Positions 34,964 to 45,980 of a stretch of 64,000 bases of DNA are shown in pieces (positions within the stretch are counted from its first letter, which is position 1; the number at the start of each line of letters is the position of its first letter). The position numbers were made by a program, and so were the translations under genes. The DNA lies in IMG/VR virus record IMGVR_UViG_3300020473_000010, positions 124,001 through 188,000 of that record; one strand, written 5' to 3'. The notes beneath the pieces are model-generated. The model saw only the letters and a list, made by a program, of their open reading frames with translations, did no database searches and was not told the origin of the DNA.

Positions 34964-37900
34964 TTAAATCTCTGTACCGGCATTTGTAACAACAAAGTCG
35001 AGTGAGATGAATTCTACCGCGCGAGTCGGTTGTAGAAAGATTTTTCCACGTACTGTATTGTTTTCCACGTCCTGTTGAGAAGTAGTTGTTGTATCGATAA
35101 CAACTTTAAATCTATCTAATCCTTGCTGAGCTTGGATCGTTGTAAGGATCGGCTGTACAGCTGCAGAAAATCTAGCTAAGGTTGATTCACGATTTGGTTC
35201 AAAAAGGATAGTGTTTGCAACCTTTTTAACTTTTCTTCGAATGTCAATAAGAAGTCTTCTTACATTAACCCGATCAAGCGAAGATTGCGCCTGAAGAAGG
35301 GTTTTTTGTCCAAACACGACAACACCTTCGGAAGTTGGGAACGATGTAATTGGATTAATGTCAACTTCATAAAGTGCATCCATATTAACTCTGCTTAATT
35401 TAACCTGAGATTCAACAGCGTTAGCTAAAGCACCTCGAGAGAAACCTGCAGGAGCGAACCATGGATGTGCCACTGAATCATTTAGTGAAAAGGCGCCTAA
35501 AACCGCAACGGAAGGAGGTACCTGAACATTTGAGCCAGTATCCTGATCAGTCATAACGACATCTGGGAAATAAGAGGCGGCGAAAGAAGTATCTAAGTTT
35601 CTATCTTGCAATACTCCAACAGTATTTGTAACACTGATTTCTTGAAGGGAACCAGTAAGAATATTTGAAGCTAATTGACCCGCATGTTCACATTCTTCAA
35701 TGTCCATAATATAGAGGGCATCAAAACGTTCTTCTGTCTTATCGATTGCATAATCAGTAACACCTGGCTCTCTAATTCCTGGGATAGCTAATAATTGGAT
35801 ATCAACATCAGATTTTTCTGCCATGATATCTAAGGCTTTCCTATAAGCGGCAACTGTTGAAGCTGCTGCACCCAATTGGGTTGTTGCATACCTCATTTCT
35901 CTGTGGGCTGCTGCGCCATTCATTTCAGATATATCTTTACTAAGAATATTTAATCCATCATAACCACCTTGCATAAAGAAGGTGTATTTATAATATCTTC
36001 GAGAAGCTTGTTGAGCAAAGTCTTTTGCAACGTTTAAGAAACGATATCCAGTAGTAGATAATTTCTTAGTTTCTCCATCATTTTCGAGATAGTCTCCATC
36101 TTTTGGAGCAGAGCCAGATCTAATATAAACTGCTTCATCCCATTCTCTGGGGTCTACAGCAGATGCTAAATTTGCGTCTTTACATTTAACCAAAACTCTC
36201 TCGAGAGAAAATAAGTTTTGATTGTATCTATCAGCATCAAGCACTGAACTGTTAGAATCAGCTGTTCCTGTATTATCTCCGACATAAGCTGGGAAAGATC
36301 CAAATGATGGGAAATATTTTGTGAAGTTTGCAATAAGGGAATCATGCTCTGTTGACTTATTTCTTTCTGTAGCATCCGTTTGTTTTTCAAACTGGACTCC
36401 CCAGAAATATCTAGAATCTACTTTTGCAGTATTTCCTGATCCTTGTGTTAAATTCTTTCGGAATGGTACCGGTGGTTCATAAATCTTAGAAGCCAAAGTA
36501 TGTTCCGCAATTCCAGTACCAGTATTGTTATCCAGTGGAGATAGAGGCTTTGTTCCATCTAGAACAAGATGCTTTTTACCTCTAAACCCGAGTGGTAGTG
36601 CTGTTGGTTCCATTACTGCATTTTCGATATCATCAACGACTTCGACTCTAACATAAAGGGACCGGTTTGGATACAATCCGTCGATTACTAATTTCTGATT
36701 TGCAGTTTGTTTTTCGAAGTCAAAATATACATTTTGTGTTCCAATAATTCTTCCGATATAACGATCCGAAGCTGGGTTTAAATCAATTCCGATATATTTT
36801 TCTAAAATCTGCATATCTTCATCTGAGTCTTTAAACTTACGGATATACACATCAAATGTACCGTAATCAGAAACAGGGTCTGTAGATTTTTTAATATTTG
36901 CAATAGAAATCTTATACTGAGTATTTCCAGCAACACCAGCATCCAAAGCATGGAAACGGAAAAGATTTTTGACAGCCGTACCCAATGTTTGAGAAATCAC
37001 ATATGGGGAAACAGCGTGAGCAAATCGATCTTGGAAACCTTCAAAGTTTGGAAGATAATCTGTTCCGGAAGTTGTAAAAGTATTTCTTGCTGCAGACCCT
37101 GAAAGAAGCAAAAGACGATGGTAGACATCAGACGCTTTATCATCGGCATGATCAGTGATTCCACTATTTGTTTTTTGGGCATCTTCTGGTGCAATTTGTG
37201 CAATTTGAGGATGTATATCATAATACGTGTATAGATAATGTCCTTGTTCTTCGATTTTTGTTGGATCGGTGTTAAACACTTTTGGGAAGTAATTCGGGCT
37301 TAATGGACTCATCGACGCAGTTAAAATAGCCGAGTAATCTGTAGTATTGGAAAAACCATTTAAAAACATTACAAAGTTTTCATCACCATTAGCTCTTAAG
37401 TCAACTGTTCCAACTTGGGATCCAGCATCTAGAGTGGCGCCAAAGTCATCAAAGGCATAATCGGATACGCTTGCAAGCCTAGATCCACCCCAGCCTGATA
37501 AGGCAGGAACGACTCCAGAAGGAATCATTAAACAACCTCTTAAGATAGCATTGGCTCCTGGTGTTCCAAGACCAGCATCAAAAAGATAACCAGATTCGTT
37601 AGAATCTTCCATAACCGCGGCCAAGAAATATGTTCTTCCTAAAGCTGCAGCGAATGAAGTAGCATCTGCCTCAGACAATGTAAGGGCTGTGGATCCGGCT
37701 GTTTGTTGTTCAATGTTAACAACTCCGGCAACCCATTCGGCTGTATAGGTTGAGGCGCCTGAACTCCATGCAGATTGATATGTGGTTCCATTTGCTCGAG
37801 CAAGAGCCGCTGTTGAGTATCCTAATCTTAAAGTCGTATTTGCGACGGCCGTTGGGGTACTTTCATTAACGCTGGCATTTGCAAGATGATCTACAACTGC

Positions 37901-39565
37901 TTTTGCTACATGAGCGACGGTTGTTGCACCAGAAATATCAATCATTCCGGAATCAGTTCCAAAACAATAAAAGTGATCCGTTGTTCCATCTGTGATTTGA
38001 AGTGTATCTCCCTCTAGAGGAACTGAAGTAAATGTCCACTTAGATTTTCTTTTTATAGCATCAGCGCCACCTTCTAAAGGATAATTTTGTGCAGCAGTAG
38101 GATTAGAGTGGGAACCTCCATCATTAAGTGATAACCAGGTATTATTGTTTACTTGGACCTTATGAGTACTGTTTGCTGCGACTCCAGCGGTTGTAGCTTT
38201 AATATCGACATCAGGGGTTGAGGCGGTTACAGTAAACGCTCCGTGGTCATTTAAAGAGGCGGCAATGTTTGCAGCATTAGTCGCTATACTACCAACAATC
38301 CAGCCTTTGTTAGCAACTGTGTCATTTGCTTTATATGTTGTTGTTGTAGAGCCATCCGTAATCGTGATTGATGTAGCATCAGTAGTTGTACCGGCTGTAT
38401 GAGCGTCTGCAGTTGCCGTAGTATGGCAAGCAGTATTTGCTGAACCGTCTGTAGCGATGGACATAATACTGTCAGCGACTGCAGTACATCGAGGACCACC
38501 ATAAATCCCATGGTTTTGGAGATAATTTGCAGTATCATCTCCTTGAGATCCACGGAAAGTTAATTTAACACCTTGGTTATCGCCTCCAGCTCCGTCAGTT
38601 GCAATAAATACACTGGCTATATCACCGCTGGCGGTGGAAGAGGATAATTGCCAACCGCTACCCCATTTGATAGATTGGTTTTCGGCTCTTCCAGAATATG
38701 AAGTACCAAAAGTATAATCAAAGCCAGAATCTCGTTTAAAAGCCTGGATTATTGTTTGGGCAATATGAACAGCTGTCATATTGCCACCAGTATGGTTTGC
38801 GGAGTTGATAATACACTCTGTGGCCCCTGGGGTACGGCCGGCATCTCTGAAGGTTCCACCAGTTTGACTCGAGAATGTAATTGTATGGTTTGCTAAAGGA
38901 GTAACTCCATCAGACGCCAGAAATCCCGTAGCGGCAAGCGCTAATGTAATTGTTACTTTCGTGGTGGCTCCTGATGCATAATCTCCGTGAGAAGCCGTTT
39001 TCATATAAAGACCACCTGGAGCGTCATTCACTCCATTTGAAACAACTCCACCAGCACCAGTTTTAAGGTTTGTCCCTGTGACACCTGATTCTAAAACCCT
39101 TAATTCTAGATCGGCTGTTACAGCGGCGGAATACGTAGCAAGTTCTGCAGCTGCAATATCACTAGCGGAGCCAGCTTTTGTTGCGGTTGCATTAGGATTG
39201 TGCCCTAAGTCACCATCAGCCTGTACTAACTGTTGACCAACTGCAAAACCAGCGTTTGTAACTGATGAATTTGTTGTATTTCTTCTTTTTCCATCACCAA
39301 TACCAAGAACCCTTAAGTAGGTTCCGGCCCTTGCGTTGGACATCCACTCCGAAACAGCCATTGGACCGAACAGCTTACCGTCCGTTCCTCCGAATTTTGT
39401 TACGAAGTCCTTGTATGTCGCAAATGTCACTGGGACAAAGGCAGGGCCCTTTTGGGCCGTTCCAATAACACCTGCAGGGATTCCCTGAGGTGATACTGTG
39501 CCAGGCCCTGTGAGGTCAATTTCTCTGGTAGTAACACCTGGACTTTTAAAAACTTGTTCAGCCAT
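34964..39565 (-). CDS. tail sheath protein 2 with large insertion
   Basis: SPGVTTREID, GTAQKGPAFVP, PWFAPAGFSRG, INPI, FGQKTL, LDRVNVRRLL, PTRAVEFISLDF. Confidence 0.92.
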   Translation of the reverse strand: MAEQVFKSPGVTTREIDLTGPGTVSPQGIPAGVIGTAQKGPAFVPVTFATYKDFVTKFGGTDGKLFGPMAVSEWMSNARAGTYLRVLGIGDGKRRNTTNSSVTNAGFAVGQQLVQADGDLGHNPNATATKAGSASDIAAAELATYSAAVTADLELRVLESGVTGTNLKTGAGGVVSNGVNDAPGGLYMKTASHGDYASGATTKVTITLALAATGFLASDGVTPLANHTITFSSQTGGTFRDAGRTPGATECIINSANHTGGNMTAVHIAQTIIQAFKRDSGFDYTFGTSYSGRAENQSIKWGSGWQLSSSTASGDIASVFIATDGAGGDNQGVKLTFRGSQGDDTANYLQNHGIYGGPRCTAVADSIMSIATDGSANTACHTTATADAHTAGTTTDATSITITDGSTTTTYKANDTVANKGWIVGSIATNAANIAASLNDHGAFTVTASTPDVDIKATTAGVAANSTHKVQVNNNTWLSLNDGGSHSNPTAAQNYPLEGGADAIKRKSKWTFTSVPLEGDTLQITDGTTDHFYCFGTDSGMIDISGATTVAHVAKAVVDHLANASVNESTPTAVANTTLRLGYSTAALARANGTTYQSAWSSGASTYTAEWVAGVVNIEQQTAGSTALTLSEADATSFAAALGRTYFLAAVMEDSNESGYLFDAGLGTPGANAILRGCLMIPSGVVPALSGWGGSRLASVSDYAFDDFGATLDAGSQVGTVDLRANGDENFVMFLNGFSNTTDYSAILTASMSPLSPNYFPKVFNTDPTKIEEQGHYLYTYYDIHPQIAQIAPEDAQKTNSGITDHADDKASDVYHRLLLLSGSAARNTFTTSGTDYLPNFEGFQDRFAHAVSPYVISQTLGTAVKNLFRFHALDAGVAGNTQYKISIANIKKSTDPVSDYGTFDVYIRKFKDSDEDMQILEKYIGIDLNPASDRYIGRIIGTQNVYFDFEKQTANQKLVIDGLYPNRSLYVRVEVVDDIENAVMEPTALPLGFRGKKHLVLDGTKPLSPLDNNTGTGIAEHTLASKIYEPPVPFRKNLTQGSGNTAKVDSRYFWGVQFEKQTDATERNKSTEHDSLIANFTKYFPSFGSFPAYVGDNTGTADSNSSVLDADRYNQNLFSLERVLVKCKDANLASAVDPREWDEAVYIRSGSAPKDGDYLENDGETKKLSTTGYRFLNVAKDFAQQASRRYYKYTFFMQGGYDGLNILSKDISEMNGAAAHREMRYATTQLGAAASTVAAYRKALDIMAEKSDVDIQLLAIPGIREPGVTDYAIDKTEERFDALYIMDIEECEHAGQLASNILTGSLQEISVTNTVGVLQDRNLDTSFAASYFPDVVMTDQDTGSNVQVPPSVAVLGAFSLNDSVAHPWFAPAGFSRGALANAVESQVKLSRVNMDALYEVDINPITSFPTSEGVVVFGQKTLLQAQSSLDRVNVRRLLIDIRRKVKKVANTILFEPNRESTLARFSAAVQPILTTIQAQQGLDRFKVVIDTTTTSQQDVENNTVRGKIFLQPTRAVEFISLDFVVTNAGTEI

Positions 39566-39596
39566 AATTTAAGCTCCTATATCTGTTTCATAAGTA

Positions 39597-42500
39597 TTAT
39601 TCAAAAGCAACACCCGCATTAGTAATGATGAAATCTATTGAAATAAATTCAATTGCTCTTGTCGGGACAACAACGATTTTACCATTTAAACGGTTTTCTT
39701 CTCTATCTTGTTCTGTATTATTTGTATCATCCATGATTACCTTGAATGATTCTATTCCAGCCTGAGCTTGAATAAGCGCAAGTCTTGGGGCGGCGAGATT
39801 AATAAATCTTTGCCTTGTTTCGGGGGTGTTTTGCTCAAAAAGCACGAGATTAGCAATCTCAATAATTTGTCTTTTAACTTCAAGCAATAATCTTCTCACA
39901 TTTACACGATCGAGCGCGGATTTTGTCATTTGAAGTGTTTTTTGTCCAAAGATTACAAATCCACCATCTGGGAATGTAGCAATTGGATTAATTCTAGATT
40001 CATAAAGTGTATCTCTATCAGCCGATGACAATCTTACCTTGACATTTTCAACAAACTCAAGTCCGCCGCGGTTGAATCCTGCAGGAGCAAACCATGGATA
40101 TGACACAGAGTCGTTGTATCCTAAGGCTCCTAATGCAGCAATCGATGGAGGCACTAGGACGCGACGATTGTTGACTGGATCAGTAATATAGACATCAGGG
40201 AAATAAGTCGCTGTATAATTGTTGTCAAAGACTCTTCCTTCCAGAGATTCTGCAGTTTGATCAACATCAGGGACAGCAGAGGAAGCATCAATAAATAATC
40301 GATTACCATCTTCATCATAAGATGGAACATCCATAAGATACATTGCCATAGAATAATCTCTTGTTCTATTCGAAGCATGGTTCGTAATATAAGGATCTCT
40401 AATATTTGGAACCGCTAATAGATTTGTATTCACTGTCATAGGATCTGTCATGATTTCGATTGCTTTTCGATATGATGCAACGATGTTATTATGTTTTCCA
40501 GCGCCGCTTAAGAGAGCGTCATGAGAACCAGAAACTCCTAATCCGCCAGTTATATCATTTCCAGCTTTTCCACCGGATGCATTTTCTGTTGATGCAGATT
40601 GGTCATTTAATCTCGAGATGTCTCCATCAAGAATATTAAGACCATCAAAGCCACCATGGAAAATATTATTAAACTTTGCAAACTGTGTAAATCTATTAAA
40701 CACAACTGAAGAAGAGTTTAACAATGTCGCCAAAGTAATTCTATCAGCATCCGATACTGGATCTTTAACCGTATACGTTTTTGCGTCAACAACACCGTTT
40801 CTCAAATAGGCGGATTCTAACATATGCTCAGCAGCTGAACCGGTAATCTGAGTTATATGACCGGTTGTTGTTAACTCGTTATATAAAGCAACTTTTGCTA
40901 ACGAGAACTTATTGTTGTTGAATGTGTCTGCTTCTGCTTCATCATGAAGAGTGTCTAGCTTTGCAATTCCATGGAATTTTGTATATGCTTTTACTAAAGG
41001 ATTAGGTTTTTGAGTTACATTTGCGTTAAGAACATCTGTTCCAACTTTTTCAAACATTACTCCCCAATAAAGCCGTGAATCAATTCTTTCCTTGGATCCT
41101 TTAGCACCAACGTATGTTGGTGTTGAAGAAATAGCACTCTTAGATGTTTTAAACCTCATTGGAAGAGGAGGAAGGATTGCACCTTTATGTTCGTCTGTAA
41201 TGCTAGCTCCAGCTAATCTCTCGCTTGATATTCCGGAAGAAGCATAGATTCCTGTAGGGTTAGTTTTGAGTACCGGAACACCTTTGAACCCAAAAGGCAG
41301 AGCTTCATGGGGGACTTCATCGCGATAAACAGCATCGTTGATTACAACCCTTATTCTTAAAGACCGGTTGGGATATTTCCCAGAGATGACTAATCTCCTT
41401 TCATCTTCATCGGCAGCATCAAAATTGTATCGTACTTTCTTATCTCCAATTACTCTTCCAATAAATCTATCATCGTTTGGATCAAGGGTTAAAAGAGGGT
41501 ATCTTTCTAAGATTTCTGGATTTTGGTCGGTATCTGACCAGTTTCTCAATTGTACCTCGAAAGAACCATACTTGTTATTTGGATCAGTTGACGCTCTAAG
41601 GTTTGCAATAGAGATTTTGAATTTTGAATTTGCGTATTCACCATCACTTAAACATTCAAAATGGAACAAATTAAATTCAGTTTTACCAAAAGGTTGTGAA
41701 ATGAATTTTGAAGTTTTTGGTGCTTGATATCTTGTATCAAATCTTCCAAAAAGTTCTCTAAAATTATCTCCATTTGCTCCGTTGTTTAATGATCCGGATA
41801 CAATAGCAACTTTGTCTACAGTTGTTTTGACTGTAGCTACGCTATCTTCAACAGGAAGATCTAAATAAAGTAAATGTTGCTCTCTTTGAAACAATTTAGG
41901 ATCTGTATTTAATACTTTTCCAATATAGTGTACGTCTTCAGGGTCCAAACTAGCTGAAAAGACTTTTGATTTAGCTAGTTCTTCAGAGCTTCCACCAAAC
42001 CCAGTATCTTTTGAGCATAGGATTAATTTAAATGCCTTTGACATATGACCAGTGGCTGTATCTAAATTATAACGTGCTGTGCAATTTGCTGGATGGTTTG
42101 CAGTTCCGGAAAGATCTACATTATAATCTTCAGCGTAGAAGACGCTTCCGGTAGTTGTAAAAAGTACAGCTCTAATAAGGCCGATATCGTCTGTTGTGGG
42201 GGTGCTACTATTTTCTCTTACATCTGGAAAAGAATCATTATCAGTAAAGATTGGGAACCCGGCGTCAGCGTTAGCCGGAACTGTATGGATTGCTGTAATA
42301 AATTGTACATTTCCACCGCACTCTTTGTTTGTAACACCTAATAAGTGACCTACGTTAATATTGTTGTTGGCGCCATTTGTTCCAGTGCTCATTCCAATCT
42401 TGAAACCAGCATTTTTTACAAACCCATATTCAATTGTATTTGTAATATCTGATTCTGTGGCATTAGCTCCTGCGCCGAGGACGCGCATAAAAGTTACTGC

Positions 42501-42734
42501 ATCTTTGTTTTTCAAAAACTCTCTTACCGCGTAAGGACCAAATAAATCTGGATCTAATGTCCCAAAACGGTTTTCGAAATCCCTAAAGGATCCGATTGTA
42601 ACCGGGACAAAGGCAGGGCCATATTGTGACGATCCTACAATTCCAGCAGGGGTGCCAGTTGGCGATTGCTGTTGTACAGCTAGATCGATTTCCTGCTCGA
42701 AAAATCCCGGTGATTTAAATGTTTGTTCAGCCAT
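39597..42734 (-). CDS. tail sheath protein 1
   Basis: SPGFFEQEID, GPAFVP, PWFAPAGFNRG, FGQKTL, LDRVNVRRLL, PTRAIEFISIDF. Confidence 0.92.
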   Translation of the reverse strand: MAEQTFKSPGFFEQEIDLAVQQQSPTGTPAGIVGSSQYGPAFVPVTIGSFRDFENRFGTLDPDLFGPYAVREFLKNKDAVTFMRVLGAGANATESDITNTIEYGFVKNAGFKIGMSTGTNGANNNINVGHLLGVTNKECGGNVQFITAIHTVPANADAGFPIFTDNDSFPDVRENSSTPTTDDIGLIRAVLFTTTGSVFYAEDYNVDLSGTANHPANCTARYNLDTATGHMSKAFKLILCSKDTGFGGSSEELAKSKVFSASLDPEDVHYIGKVLNTDPKLFQREQHLLYLDLPVEDSVATVKTTVDKVAIVSGSLNNGANGDNFRELFGRFDTRYQAPKTSKFISQPFGKTEFNLFHFECLSDGEYANSKFKISIANLRASTDPNNKYGSFEVQLRNWSDTDQNPEILERYPLLTLDPNDDRFIGRVIGDKKVRYNFDAADEDERRLVISGKYPNRSLRIRVVINDAVYRDEVPHEALPFGFKGVPVLKTNPTGIYASSGISSERLAGASITDEHKGAILPPLPMRFKTSKSAISSTPTYVGAKGSKERIDSRLYWGVMFEKVGTDVLNANVTQKPNPLVKAYTKFHGIAKLDTLHDEAEADTFNNNKFSLAKVALYNELTTTGHITQITGSAAEHMLESAYLRNGVVDAKTYTVKDPVSDADRITLATLLNSSSVVFNRFTQFAKFNNIFHGGFDGLNILDGDISRLNDQSASTENASGGKAGNDITGGLGVSGSHDALLSGAGKHNNIVASYRKAIEIMTDPMTVNTNLLAVPNIRDPYITNHASNRTRDYSMAMYLMDVPSYDEDGNRLFIDASSAVPDVDQTAESLEGRVFDNNYTATYFPDVYITDPVNNRRVLVPPSIAALGALGYNDSVSYPWFAPAGFNRGGLEFVENVKVRLSSADRDTLYESRINPIATFPDGGFVIFGQKTLQMTKSALDRVNVRRLLLEVKRQIIEIANLVLFEQNTPETRQRFINLAAPRLALIQAQAGIESFKVIMDDTNNTEQDREENRLNGKIVVVPTRAIEFISIDFIITNAGVAFE

Positions 42735-42773
42735 AATGCTTCTCCTAATATTCTCATATTAAATATGTTGTTC

Positions 42774-43961
42774 TTAGCCCAAAGTCCAAAGTCTAGTATA
42801 AACGGTTTCGCCTTTTCTTTTGTTTTTGGTCTTCACAGCTACCTTTACTTTCTTGGTTTTGTCTGTAAAGGGGTCTTTAATTGTCCTTATTAAATGTTGA
42901 TCTCGATCCGTGGATTTACCTCCAATATTACTATCTGCACTATTTCCATTGTTGTGTTGAAAACCACTTGCGCTCCCTGGATATGGATCTTTTTCTGATG
43001 ATAAATCTTCTAAAACGTATTTGTTTGGATCCGAAGAAGGTATTGGAGTTGTAGGGGGAGTATAAATTTCCTCGAACGGCATTTCGAAACTTACTTTGGG
43101 AGCTGAGATATAACGCCTAATTGAAGATTGAGCGCCTGGAAATTGCGGATTAATAATATATCCCGTAACACTTAGCGTGAAAGTTGATTTAACGATACGT
43201 TCATTATCTTCGAACCCATCGAAGTTAGCACCGCTAGATAAACTAGACTCAACATGCGCAACAAACCAGTACCCTTTGTCGCTTTCTATTCTAAAAGTTT
43301 TTGCAGGGTTTAAATTGTAGCTTGACATTAATGCTTCTTGCATGTTGTTCATCTGTTGTAAATATTGACTCCAAAACGTAACTTCATAAGTTGCCGTAAA
43401 AAATCTAGGAGATGGGATTGTAATAATCTCATAAATATTTTTTGTTTGTATTTCCAAATTTATGTCAGAAGTGTTTCCGCGGAAAGATCTTGTGCTTGGA
43501 CCTTTATGTTTATCAACTGTTCCAACACCTTCTTGATTTTCTAAACCTTCTAAATTATTTAATCTTCTATAGGCGTCGTTGTCTTTTGAAAGTCGCTTTT
43601 TAATGACTAATTCCCCAGAACCCGGGCCGACACCTTGGCCATCTTTTGGGTCTTGTTCAATACCGCTTCTTAAAATTGATACCATGGGCAAAATTAAGGC
43701 GCCTTGACGATCTCGTAGAGGTTCTTTTCTTCTTAAAATAAATGCTCTTTCACCAGTTGCAAAAATAACTGGGATTCTTTTTGTTTCACCTTCAGATTCA
43801 TACACTATTGGTAATTCTTCATCAAATAATTTAAATAAAGCCCTGTCGACGTCTTCAATTCCGCAAGACGGTAATTTAAAGTCATCAGGTATGTCCATAT
43901 TGTCATACGAGGTACCCCAGTTTGCTCCTCTAACGCCTTTTGTGTTGTATCTAGTAGACAT
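42774..43961 (-). CDS. tail terminator/sheath stabiliser (gp15-like)
   Basis: IPVIFATGER, LILPMVSI, YEVTFW, ERIVKSTFTL; lies between neck and sheath. Confidence 0.65.
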   Translation of the reverse strand: MSTRYNTKGVRGANWGTSYDNMDIPDDFKLPSCGIEDVDRALFKLFDEELPIVYESEGETKRIPVIFATGERAFILRRKEPLRDRQGALILPMVSILRSGIEQDPKDGQGVGPGSGELVIKKRLSKDNDAYRRLNNLEGLENQEGVGTVDKHKGPSTRSFRGNTSDINLEIQTKNIYEIITIPSPRFFTATYEVTFWSQYLQQMNNMQEALMSSYNLNPAKTFRIESDKGYWFVAHVESSLSSGANFDGFEDNERIVKSTFTLSVTGYIINPQFPGAQSSIRRYISAPKVSFEMPFEEIYTPPTTPIPSSDPNKYVLEDLSSEKDPYPGSASGFQHNNGNSADSNIGGKSTDRDQHLIRTIKDPFTDKTKKVKVAVKTKNKRKGETVYTRLWTLG

Positions 43962-44617
43962 TAGCAGTCATCTCCATAAAATGAAGAATCCGGGTTATTC
44001 TGGATCTTTCTTGGTTGGGAAATTGGGGCATCTAATTTGCCGTTTTCTTGTAATTCGCGTTTGTCGTTTGTTTCACCTTGCGAATTTTTTGCGAAACCTC
44101 TTTGTTGTTCCCATTCTTCTTGAACGGCATCCGGATCTGTATATTGTTTTCCAGTAGGCCCAAGCGGTTTGGAGGTATTGATCTGACCTTTTCTTGCTTG
44201 TTTGCCTGTGCATATATATCCGGAAACATGCTCTACTTGACCAAACATAATTTTGTCAAATTTGAGAGATGTGATTTCAAAATAGTGGGTACCAAAAGAA
44301 AAATAATCTCCTTCTTGCAATACAATATTTTTATCAATAATATCCCTAAAATGGAAATAAACTTCCATTGTTGATATTCCTTCATATCCGAATCTATCTG
44401 TCTTGATTTCTCTTGGATTCCATTGGACCCTTGCATCTATTTCAACCGGAGGGTCAAAGACTTTTTCTAAGGCTTCTTCATAAATTTCGTGTACTTCTGA
44501 GACATCTTCCCTAACTTTGTAATAATACACCTTTTGGCCAATTACATCTTTTGTGATTTCTTTTGTGATATCACTGATATAATCCATTTCTCTTGGTGTT
44601 ATAAATAATCTAGCCAC
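43961..44617 (-). CDS. neck/head-closure protein (gp14-like)
   Basis: VIGQKVYYY, IYEEA..KVF, EGDYF..YFEI; synteny. Confidence 0.7.
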   Translation of the reverse strand: MARLFITPREMDYISDITKEITKDVIGQKVYYYKVREDVSEVHEIYEEALEKVFDPPVEIDARVQWNPREIKTDRFGYEGISTMEVYFHFRDIIDKNIVLQEGDYFSFGTHYFEITSLKFDKIMFGQVEHVSGYICTGKQARKGQINTSKPLGPTGKQYTDPDAVQEEWEQQRGFAKNSQGETNDKRELQENGKLDAPISQPRKIQNNPDSSFYGDDC

Positions 44618-44630
44618 ATTATTTCTCCAT

Positions 44631-45809
44631 TCATCCTATTAATATTGCTTTACCTAATGGAATTGGGATTGTCTTTAAAACTCTTTGAACGTTTTCAGAC
44701 TCGGTGGCTTGAGTCTCTATTAACTTGTCATATGTTAAGGATTCTAACATCTCTTTTAATTCTGTTCTTAACTTGTCTTTTTCATCTTTTCCAGCACTAA
44801 CTAAATCAGTACCGTTTAATTGTAGATCGCCATTGGGGATAGGAACACTTCCAAATTTTGACCTAATAAGACCTAAAACTTCTTTTGATCCTGCTAACGT
44901 ATACTGTCTAATCCATTGACGCCCCATGGAATTAATTGTACTATATTCAAGATTGTCATAGGGAATATTATTAAGCCCTGATACACCATAAATAGAATCA
45001 TCTGCTACTGCAGGGTTCATTGCATCCATTGGGAGGCCATAATTTATCCATAAACTGCCTGAAACTGAGGGTTTAGGATATAGACGGATTTTTGTTCCTT
45101 GGATTTGATAAGAATAATTTGATCTTCTTACTCTGTTTGAAATATCCATCTGGCCGGCTCTTAATACATCTTCAAAAACTGGCAATACATAAAAAACAGT
45201 TTCTGGAGTAAACGATTCAAATGAAAATTCATTATTTAAATAATTTATAGCCGAAGTTGTATCAAAAAAGCGATATGCGGCTTGTGGAGAAAAATGATAT
45301 ACATCAAAGATTCGAATTTTACCACGAGATCCTTCAGGTAGATTAGCATATGCAATCGTATCAGTTGAGGAGCTCATTTCAGTATAGATATCATAATCTT
45401 GGCGGCCGACTTCAAGAGATATAGACCCTGAATGGTTATTCCATAATCCTCCTAATCCAGCATGAGCAGCATAAGGTTCAGCTTTCCTAGTTAGAAATTC
45501 TAAAGTTTCTCTTGGAAGTTTTCCTTCAACACCTTTTGGGCCCGTTGTTTCATTTGACCCTGTTTGGGAACCTAAAAGGTTTCCTAATTGGCTTTTTGCT
45601 TGATATTCGTTTATAAATTTACTATATTCAAATACACTTTCTTCAAAACAAGCCCAAATTTGTTTTTTCGTTAATTCAACTGAAAGTATATCATCACCGA
45701 GCTTGCGCTTAACAAATGTAACCATCCTATCAGCCTCAGCAATAAACTGAGTATCTGAATCGAAAATACTAAAAGGTGTAGGGTTTGTTGTTGTTGAGAA
45801 AGTGGCCAT
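44631..45809 (-). CDS. neck/adaptor protein (gp13-like)
   Basis: RKLGDDILSVELT, WIRQYTLA..KEVLGLIRSKF..VPIP..LQLNG; GGAG SD before ATG 45809. Confidence 0.8.
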   Translation of the reverse strand: MATFSTTTNPTPFSIFDSDTQFIAEADRMVTFVKRKLGDDILSVELTKKQIWACFEESVFEYSKFINEYQAKSQLGNLLGSQTGSNETTGPKGVEGKLPRETLEFLTRKAEPYAAHAGLGGLWNNHSGSISLEVGRQDYDIYTEMSSSTDTIAYANLPEGSRGKIRIFDVYHFSPQAAYRFFDTTSAINYLNNEFSFESFTPETVFYVLPVFEDVLRAGQMDISNRVRRSNYSYQIQGTKIRLYPKPSVSGSLWINYGLPMDAMNPAVADDSIYGVSGLNNIPYDNLEYSTINSMGRQWIRQYTLAGSKEVLGLIRSKFGSVPIPNGDLQLNGTDLVSAGKDEKDKLRTELKEMLESLTYDKLIETQATESENVQRVLKTIPIPLGKAILIG

Positions 45810-45877
45810 CAAAATTCTCCGAGCATCCACTTATAAATATGGAGGAGAAAGGCATAAGTCCTTTACCAGCTTTGGAA

Positions 45878-45911
45878 TAAAAAAACGCCCGGACATATAT
45901 AATACGGGCGA
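45878..45911 (-). terminator. intrinsic terminator
   Basis: CGCCCG...CGGGCG stem followed by a T run. Confidence 0.65.
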
Positions 45912-45980
45912 TTAACTATTGTCATAGATAGATTATTTTAATTTTTTTATTTTAATACTCTGGATTATTGCGTGTAACGT

